A stretch of 32,125 bases of DNA from Bugula neritina. Its lineage: Eukaryota > Animalia > Bryozoa. This document shows positions 24,020-32,125 of this stretch, in pieces. The translations under genes were made by a program, and so were the position numbers. The stretch is taken from contig CAXIUT010000054.1 in assembly GCA_964035545.1 (NCBI GenBank), positions 1 through 32,125 of the forward strand, given 5' to 3'. The notes under the pieces were generated by a model. The model made no database searches and was not told the origin of the DNA. It saw only the letters and a list, made by a program, of their open reading frames with translations. The stretch's first letter is position 1. Each line of letters starts with the position of its first letter.

Positions 24020-25692
24020 TCAAACAACATTTGGTTCTTGTTTAGCTTTTTTAATCAAAGATTCAACATTGAGAGGCACGAACTGACCAGGAGGTTTACC
24101 TATCATTTGCATATACTTTACAACTTGTTGAGGTAGTTCAGCCAATAATTCCTTAGCAAGTAAATCACCATTCATCTTTACATCTCTAAAAGGAACAAAC
24201 TGAACAAGATCTCTTTGACATTTTTGTCCATTACTTCCATAAAGTCCATTATCACCATCAAGTCGATTCATGTTATCAAAACCAGCATTCCCCACTCCAA
24301 CAATAATTATTGATAAAGGAAGATTAGCTGATTGAATAACTAGATCAATTGTACGATCCATATCGTGGATTTCACCATCAGTGAGAATAAGAAGAGTCTG
24401 GTAAACGTTTGAACCATTCATCTTACAACCATTTGCTAGCTTCATAGTTTATTCAATCAAAGGAGCAAAATAAGTGGGACCAGATAGCTCAACATGCTAC
24501 AAAGCATTTCTATACATTGTTATCAGATGTTCAGGACCACATGCTTCAACTTCTTGAGGGTTTCCACTTAGTACGAAACAGTGACTAACTGGAGTAAGAT
24601 TGCCTCCAAATTTAGTCTTAGCTCCAAACCCAAAAGAAGGAATTCTTTTGTCAGAATCATAGTTCATCAGTATTTGAGTAATAGATGCAATAGCCATTTG
24701 ATATTGATTGGGAGCAGTTGGATTCATATAATGAAGAGAAGAAGGCTGCTTTGGTGACCCATTAGAACCTGTGAAATCAATAGCTACAATCATATTGAGT
24801 TCTAATCCTCCACGAAGATAGTCAATGAAAGATGGTTTTTGATAAAGTTAAAAGAATTACAAAGTTATGCTTCCTGGTTTTTTTACTTTAGGGTTAGAAA
24901 GGACAAATGAAGCTTTGTTTCCTAATTGTTTAGCAGCAATGAATGCTTATCCAATGAACTGATCATTTCCATCTTATTCCCAATCCCAAATTTATATTCT
25001 AAATGATTGAATAAAATACTTAAATTGTTGTTTATTTGGATTAATCAGTCGAGAAGCTTGCATTTCAATAAGCTTCCAGGCTGGATTTAAATTATCTTTT
25101 ATAATTTAGGTTCTTTGAACTTAAACATAGCTATTGTCCTATCTAATTTTTAAAAACTTGATGTAAGGATCGCTTTTATCCCAGAAATCAAACCAAGAAT
25201 CAGTATTATATAATTTTTAAGCCTTCCATCTCATTTTCAAATATTCTAAATATATATTCACATACAACTAGATTAGTCTATCTTCTAACATCGAACAACC
25301 AACTTCCCAATAGCTTTAGTCTTATTTTTATCATTTGTTAGGTTCAGTATTGAAGTCTGACTCCTGGCTCCCATCAAATTGCCAACAGTTGTTTCCACAT
25401 ATCCGATAAAATCATCTTTTTCGCCACTATCGTCATCATCATAAACATCAAAACGAATGTCCTGTCTTGATTAGAAGATAAAATCAATCATAAAACTTTT
25501 AGAAAAGTTTGGATTGAGATTATTTTTAATAGTCTATGTTCTACCAATAGCTGCATAGTAGTTGTGAGTAAAGTCGCGTTTGAAGGAAACCTTTATATAT
25601 GGATCAGATTTGCTAAACACATCGAGATCTAGTAAGTTCCTGGCACTCAAAAATAACTAAATCCTCTAGCCGATGTTGTTATTTGCTTACAT
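24020..25692 (-). CDS. Copine (C2A, C2B, vWA) (550 aa)
   Basis: Motifs LDLDVFSKSDPY, GRTETIKNNLNPNF, second C2 KSDPY...DNLNPAW, and vWA VAIDFTGSNG, LILTDGEIHD, LPLSIIIVGVG, RDLVQFVPF, LAELPQQV. 20-nt intron at 25246-25265. Confidence 0.95.
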
Positions 25693-26452
25693 TTTTTGAT
25701 TATTGTTTATAAAAAATTAGAGAAGATATTTTCAAATTTTACTTGATATCTATATGCTCTCAGAAAAAATATTTTTTAATAAGTTTTCATAAAAGTATTT
25801 TTTGTTCTAAAAATTCAATAAACTTTTATTTTTTGCTTATTAAGTTTAGAAAAATAATTATCATTAAAATTTTAACTCAGATTAAAGACATAGCTCTTAA
25901 TAAAGGTTAAAAAAATAGATTAAATATATCGAATTTATTGTTTATTAAATTCTAGTTAGAATACAATAGTATGATAATTCGAAAATAGAATACAATAAAT
26001 TATCAATAGTTCATATTGTTTGCATTAAATATAAAAGAGGTTATGTTTCTACATGTAGCTCTCACTTCTAAAAATATTATTATTGAATTTTCTGATTTGT
26101 ATGCTTTCAATATTATAAACAACTATCTTCATTGATTTATAGAAGAAACTTATATCAACTCAAATCTATATTAATGAAGATGAAACTGTCAACTATGATA
26201 TCTAGTTCTTTAATAGTTAGAAAAAACTCAATAAAGATATTTATTTCTCTTTAAAAGCTTCAAGTAAACTTGAAATAAGAATAATGAACTTTATAAACTA
26301 AAAAGATCTAAAAAGTGAGAATATATCAAATAGGGATTATTTTTATCTAGTTTATTTTATTTATCATAATTTAAAATTCTCTCATCAGGGATATTGATTT
26401 TTCCTTTTGATTAAACTTTATAATAATTAATTTAAATTATATTCATTCTATT

Positions 26453-26856
26453 ATGAGCTAACAACATCAAATCAGTGTTTCATCAGTTTAAAAACACTCT
26501 AGACCTTACCACAAGGTTACTTCTTAGGTAAAACTCTTTTTATACAGGAAAAACAACTTCTCATTGATTAAGTTATGAAAAATAAATCCTCCATCAGGTC
26601 TGCAGCAGAAAAAGTGGGATTGAAAAACTCTACAGCCAAAAAAATTATCAAAAGGTTCAAAAATGAAGCTGAAAGAAGTCTCAGCAGTACTACTGTTCAG
26701 CAACCTATGGAATAAGTTAGAGAAAATGCTGAAGAAAGAATATTTTATAATCAATGTTCTAATCAATCATTTGTGTTTCCTGAACCGATATACTTCTTCT
26801 AGTATCCTTTCGTAAGTCAAATATACTCAATGAACCCATACTATACTTTTGCCTGA
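26453..26856 (+). CDS. Small helix-turn-helix (homeodomain-like) DNA-binding protein (127 aa)
   Basis: RPYHKVTSE|EKQLLIDEVMKNKSSIRSAAEKVGLKNSTAKKIIKRFKNE. 20-nt intron at 26528-26547. Aromatic/Pro-rich tail. Confidence 0.78.
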
Positions 26857-28135
26857 AGTGATTCTTTGAATTTCTTTTTAAATTTATCCAACATCTTGCA
26901 TTCATATTTGAATAAATAATAAATAATATGTGTTTCAAGGTTCTAAGGTCTCAAATGTTAAAATCTTAGCTTAGAAGTTCTTTTTAGTTGATTTATTCAC
27001 CTTATTATTTTTGTTTCAATAAAATCCCATTTATCTTCTATTCGAGTTTTTTAAAATAAATAAGTACCTTTTCAAAGTCAAATGAGAAAATTTAGTAAAA
27101 TATAAAGAATTGACTCATTTTATCAAAGAAACTTGCTTTATTTGTTTTTTAAAGATCTTAAAAAAGAAGGAAATGACGTTTTAATAATTTTAGATAGACA
27201 GATGATACGTAAATTATCAACAGATGAACTGATTTTAATATGAGTTAATAAGGTAAGCTGATTTGTTCAGAAATGGTTTAGTTTCGTTTTAATACTATCA
27301 ACTTTAAACTAAACTCTAAAACATCCTAAATCATTTAATTTAAGAAAATAAAGAATAATATCATAGAGAAGCATATCAATTAACCCAGCAAATGATTTTT
27401 TATAGAATTGTAATATATTATGACTTGATTTTTAGCAAAATACTAAAATTCTCAAGTCGTTTACATATATTTCAATGACGTAAATGTTTGATCAGAAGTT
27501 TATTGTTAAATTTAGAATTAAATACGAAAGTACAAACTGTTAAAATGATGTTTTTAGTAAGATTTTCTTATTTAAATAATAGAATAAACATAAAAAATAA
27601 AACTTTTTAATGCATAAATAAAATTAAATATAAACAAGATGATGAACTAAGTGAATTGAGGTTAAGAACAATATCAGGCCATTATCCGGATAAAGTTTAT
27701 CTCTAATATTGAAATGGGATATTTTTAAAAAGTCATATTATATTCTCAAACCACAACAAAAAAATATTTTAAAATAACTTTCAGAAACAAAGAGAGAGTT
27801 AATTAAAGAGTCAAAATACATAGAATAAAATATCTGGGGATTGCAAGTATTTTTAAAGAAAAACATCTATGAACATTATCTCTTCATAGAAAAGATAAGA
27901 ATTAAAAAGGACATTTGAATATGGGTTAGTTGGAACATTTAGACAGTGCATAAAGGGTGATAAAAAGAATAAATGACTTCAATACTCCATGAACTCATCA
28001 ATATGATTATGACAAAAAAATAAATAAAGAAGAGTTTCATAAATAAGGGGTAACTTAATGATCAATTGAAGTGATTATTATTTGATATTGATAATTTTAT
28101 GATAAAATAATTAACTCCTAAACAAAGTAAAACTA

Positions 28136-29875
28136 TCATTCAATAGCTTTTTCAATTTTATCTACGTTTTCTACTAAAGCTTTATTAATGTCTATCTCGA
28201 TAACTCTTCCTACTATTGAGTGTCTAATTCCTTCTTTTTCTCTTTTACTGGCTAATCTAAGTTTAAATTGTCTAAAAAGATTTTGTTCTGCTAGTTGTTT
28301 GAGTTTTTCTTCCCCTAAGTTTTCTATCTCTTCTACTAGAAATCCATGAAGTATTTATCTGCCAACTTCATCAAAGGCTGTAGTCCAGAGTGAGCCAGTC
28401 CAATCGAGTATTTCGATCTGAAGCATAAACTTTTTAGATACAACTTAATTATAAAACCCACAAAAAGAACATTTATTAAAACATTAAGCAGTACGTTTGC
28501 ATTTTGGATTATTACAAGCAGTATAGAACCAACGTCCTTGTAGTCGAATATAATTAATCCAAATTTGTAACTCAGAAACAATGCTTTACCCTTAAGAAAG
28601 ATAAATCATTTAAGTTTAAAGCTAGCCTATTGAACGAATTTATCCTGACTAAGGTACTTTATAAGAAGTTCCATTAACTGAAAAGTATTATAATTCTTTA
28701 ATGTTGTTACGATACTGATGAAAAAAGTTATCAGAAGCTGATGCTATTTCTGACTTAAAAACAGAAGTAAAAGAAATTTAATTTTTGTATTTATTTAATT
28801 TGAATGATTTAAGTAAAATTCCATGATAAAGCCATTATTCCTCAAGCTTTATATTTCTATTCCAAAGAATACACTCAATGCAACGTTGAATACTCGGATC
28901 ACCAACTATCAGCACTCGTTTATATATCGTCTTACCAGAACGTTCCAACTCACGCTAATCTCCTATTTTCAACAAAACTACTAATACATCACTATATCTA
29001 TCATAGTTGCTTTACTATAAAATTTATTCCAAAGACATTACTTTATGTCCTAAACTAGGAATAAGCTAAAGATTCTATACTTCAACTATTTTACTATAGC
29101 TATTTAGAACTATTGTTAATTTTGAACAGTTAGAATCCAACTTATTGCCATAGTAATGTTATTTAATGGTCCCTCCTGATATTTTATAAACTGAACCCTT
29201 TTTGAGACGATTGTATTATAGTTGAGCTTCATTGCCAAATAAAGAAGCTTCTATTTTGATTCCTGTCCTATCTATTAGTTCAAGAGTCAGTAATTGAATA
29301 GATTTTCCTTGTTTGCTTTTAAATTATCGATAAGAAATGTTTAGAATTCTTGTCAAGATCTACCAATTTTGAAAATCAACATAGAGGTCAGTAATCTTTT
29401 AAAACTATTTTAGTTTCAGGTCATCAATGATCTCTTTTTTTACTTATTATAATGAAGTTAATCCTGCCGAAGTGTTCTCATTTAAACTATTCTTGTTCTT
29501 CCCAGACTCATGCGATATATCATCTTATTCCTTCTTATCTTCTGTATGTTCAATCTTGTATAATTCTGGATGACTACAAGTTTTTATTCTGAATAGTTCA
29601 ATAGTTTTTCTACCTTTGTAGTCGTGGCAGGTACTTTCGACGACTGTAAGTAGGTATCGACCTTTGCCTAGAAAGGTGCCTATTTTAGCAATATCACACT
29701 AAGGTCTTTAAGCTAGATTAGTGAATCCTTTGATTTTAGTTGAGGGAGCTATAATGTCAAAACATAATAAATCTCCACTTTTGAGTTAGAGGTTAGAAAC
29801 TTCAATGGACAAGTCAAGATTATGAAGTTTAGTTCTATTTTAGATGAGAGTGTGAATGGGATGTTGATGATTCAT
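28136..29875 (-). CDS. RPA1 (RPA70)-family OB-fold ssDNA-binding protein, divergent (579 aa)
   Basis: OB-A (ITDL...WEILTRI...LELIDRTG.KIEASLF...GSVYKISGG), OB-B (DVLVV...KRVLIVGD...IECILW) and OB-C with zinc ribbon (YTACNNPKCKR...CSFCG...IEILDWTGSLWTTAFDEVGREIL). Intronless. Confidence 0.88.
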
Positions 29876-30032
29876 TATATAGAATTATATAAGCCGCTCT
29901 TAATATTGAACAGAATTCACATATATAAATCACTTGTTTTTGATAAATCACTCATGCAATTGTCTCTTAATCTTATTTTATAACAGAACAACCAGATGCT
30001 AGGTTATACATATATCACTAAATAAAATAATT

Positions 30033-30857
30033 ATGACCACTCTTCATTTACGCAAACCTCTCTCTATCCTGCCTTCAGAGTTAGAGATACCTTCCAGACT
30101 AAGTGACTACAATCGTCATAGTGAACCTAAGACTAGACTGAATCACATCAAAATCAACAAAAATAAATTACCACTTGACTTTTTTCCAAAAAAATAGTAT
30201 TCTTTAAGAAAATACATCCACAAAAATCCTTTACCAATCGAGTACACTGATTCTATGATTCCCATGAAATCAACCTAGTCAGAAAGAATTCACTATACAC
30301 AGGAAAAGTCTAATCTCGGGTATCATGGAAGCAATATTTTACAGTTAAATAGCAATATTGGATCAAATAGAGGTAGCAAGGTTCTCAATCGTAAGTTTTA
30401 AACAAGAAATTAACCAAAAAGAGAGCTAATTTTATAACCTACTAGGAAACTTAATACTGCTGCCAAGGGAAATAAAGCAGAATTATTAGAGTTATTTCCT
30501 CAAAGTTATGGAGAAATTAATTAATTTCTTACATCGAAAACTCAGTGCATGCGGGCGAGTAGAAAAGATCGTTCCCAAGTAGTTTTCAATCCTGAACCAT
30601 TGAATCCTTTTATCTAAGAAACTTGTGATACTTCTCTTCTAAGAGAGTACAAAGATTTTTAGACAAAAGGACTAAGAGATGGCAAATAGTACTAGAATAA
30701 GGGCAAATAGTACTAGAATAAGGGCAAATAATACTAGAATAAAGTATTTTAGAATGAAACTAGGGAAATTGATGGAGATAAATCTGTGTAGCCAATGACA
30801 ATAACCTTTTATAATGCTAAATCAAGTTGTTTTCCACCAATCAATAGAAACAGTTGA
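30033..30857 (+). CDS. Hypothetical protein (274 aa) with 3x GKEYENK repeat
   Basis: ATG 30033 to TGA 30855-30857 is open in the TAR=Glu code. Confidence 0.7.
30681..30743 (+). repeat. 21-bp tandem repeat x3 (GGCAAATAGTACTAGAATAAG)
   Basis: Two identical copies plus a third with TAG>TAA and AAG>AAA. In frame in the CDS. Confidence 0.95.
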
Positions 30858-30939
30858 TAATTTTAATAATGATCGTTATGAAATTAATGAGTTAAAATAA
30901 TTTTAGATCAAAACAATACAAATTGTTATCTATTAAAAA

Positions 30940-31014
30940 GGGGTTGGGGTTGGGGTTGGGGTTGGGGTTGGGGTTGGGGTTGGGGTTGGGGTTGGGGTTG
31001 GGGTTGGGGTTGGG
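30940..31014 (+). repeat. Interstitial telomeric tract (75 nt, perfect)
   Basis: GGGG(TTGGGG)n...TTGGG in the intergenic region between two convergent genes. Confidence 0.96.
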
Positions 31015-31248
31015 CTTGCTTTATAACTTTTTTACTGAAATATTTAAATATTTAATTTGGACTCCCTATTTAAAATAACTAAATAACCTTAGAAATAATA
31101 TAGAAATTATTCATTATCTAAAACTAATTATTAATCAAGATAATTCTAACTTGATTTTATATTTTATTTAGACTAGCTACCTAGATATTTTATCTTTATT
31201 GCAATGAATTAATACTAGTTTTTCAAAGATAGATAATGCAAATAATTA

Positions 31249-31738
31249 TCATTGAACTCTATTTCCATCTCTTAGCAGCATTTGTTTGGTATAAAAACTG
31301 CTATGTTTGATTTTAATGTGTTGATTCAGACTGCCTTCACTTCCATAGGATTTGTTGCAGTTATCAATAGAACAGTTGTAGTGTCGAGCGATCTCAACAG
31401 CCGTCCTTCTCGTCCTCTTTTTCCTAGCACTATCATTCGACGTTTGAGATACGATATGCAATGCACTTCGGCGTTCAGCTGGATCTGTCCCTAGTTCTCG
31501 GTGAAGCTATTCTATTTCTTCTTGAAGAATATTTAACTTAATGGTATTATTATTACTTTTTACTGCTTTTATAAGACTTGAAGATGGAGCTGAGTGGCTT
31601 CTAGGTAAAAAATTTGATCAATATTCATTGATGGATCTTGAGAGAGGAGGGATGTGAACTGTTGGGTGAGTTGAAGTTCAAGAGGATCAGGGGGTTAGAT
31701 TTAGGAGGAAGCGAATGCTACGACTAGGAACCAGACAT
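31249..31738 (-). CDS. Single C2H2 zinc-finger protein with basic N-flank and coiled coil
   Basis: RKKRTRRTAVEIARHYNCSIDNCNKSYGSEGSLNQHIKIKH. 20-nt intron at 31537-31556. The start is either ATG 31738 (needs one more base in the G5 run 31690-31694) or the downstream MNIDQ ATG. Confidence 0.82.
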
Positions 31739-31867
31739 AACGTTGGATCAACTTTTTTATTATTAAAATTTGGGTGGAGGACTAACAACTCAATAATTAA
31801 TTGTGAATTATAATATTACATAACTTAGTAAACAATAAATAACATACAATTAAATGATCTACATTGT

Positions 31868-31948
31868 TTGGGGTTGGGGTTGGGGTTGGGGTTGGGGTTG
31901 GGGTTGGGGTTGGGGTTGGGGTTGGGGTGGGGTTGGGGTTGGGGTTGG
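31868..31948 (+). repeat. Interstitial telomeric tract (81 nt, one TGGGG variant)
   Basis: Directly visible. Followed by ~90 bp of unique AT-rich sequence before the terminal telomere. Confidence 0.96.
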
Positions 31949-32038
31949 TTATAAAGAATCAATAAATAATATCTATTTACAAGTTTCGATAACTTATCTA
32001 ATTAATTTAAATAATTTAATTTGATATTATTAAATGCA

Positions 32039-32125
32039 GGGGTTGGGGTTGGGGTTGGGGTTGGGGTTGGGGTTGGGGTTGGGGTTGGGGTTGGGGTTGG
32101 GGTTGGGGTTGGGGTTGGGGTTGGG
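32039..32125 (+). repeat. Right terminal telomere (TTGGGG)n
   Basis: Perfect array to the end of the window. Confidence 0.97.

Noticed and set aside
3341-25692. Standard ciliate code (TAR=Gln) or split code (TAA=Lys, TAG=Glu)
   Set aside because: Both codons fall on invariant Glu positions (GQIE and QYGE use TAA; PAAE and TWEP use TAG), while conserved Gln positions use CAA/CAG.
26101-26397. 98-codon ORF upstream of the HTH gene
   Set aside because: With TGA as the only stop, ORFs of this length arise by chance in AT-rich DNA, and it has no motif support.
26453-26856. Active Tc1/mariner transposon
   Set aside because: Only an HTH is present. There is no DDE catalytic domain, terminal inverted repeat or target-site duplication visible.
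30681-30743. CRISPR-like array
   Set aside because: The repeats are head-to-tail without spacers, in frame in a eukaryotic CDS.
2383-31494. Supplied six-frame ORFs as genes
   Set aside because: They were computed with TAA/TAG as stops. Most are antisense or off-frame shadows (e.g. the Phe/Leu-rich ORFs at 9785 and 10290 opposite the HP1-like hinge), and the rest are fragments of longer genes.

Overview
This is AT-rich ciliate macronuclear DNA that reads as a complete ~32 kb telomere-to-telomere molecule, with (CCCCAA)n at the left end and (TTGGGG)n at the right. Conserved motifs show that TAA and TAG both encode Glu and that TGA is the only stop (peritrich-type nuclear code, NCBI table 30), so the supplied ORF track is largely uninformative. 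Re-read in that code, the window holds about 18 tightly packed genes with tiny GT-AG introns, mostly 20 nt. They include GPN3, a SAXO/STOP-like protein, Ufd2/UBE4, an HP1-like chromo/chromoshadow protein, a ~2000-aa furin-repeat membrane protein, a catalytically dead pepsin-fold protein, a copine, an RPA1-family protein and a C2H2 zinc-finger protein. The most striking feature is three interstitial, near full-length TTGGGG tracts, all in right-end orientation. One (72 nt, 9375-9446) sits in frame inside the HP1-like coding sequence, between the chromodomain and the chromoshadow domain, and the gene is colinear and open on both sides. Several apparent single-base deletions, mostly in homopolymers, suggest a low-depth long-read consensus, so the interstitial telomeres need confirmation from raw reads.
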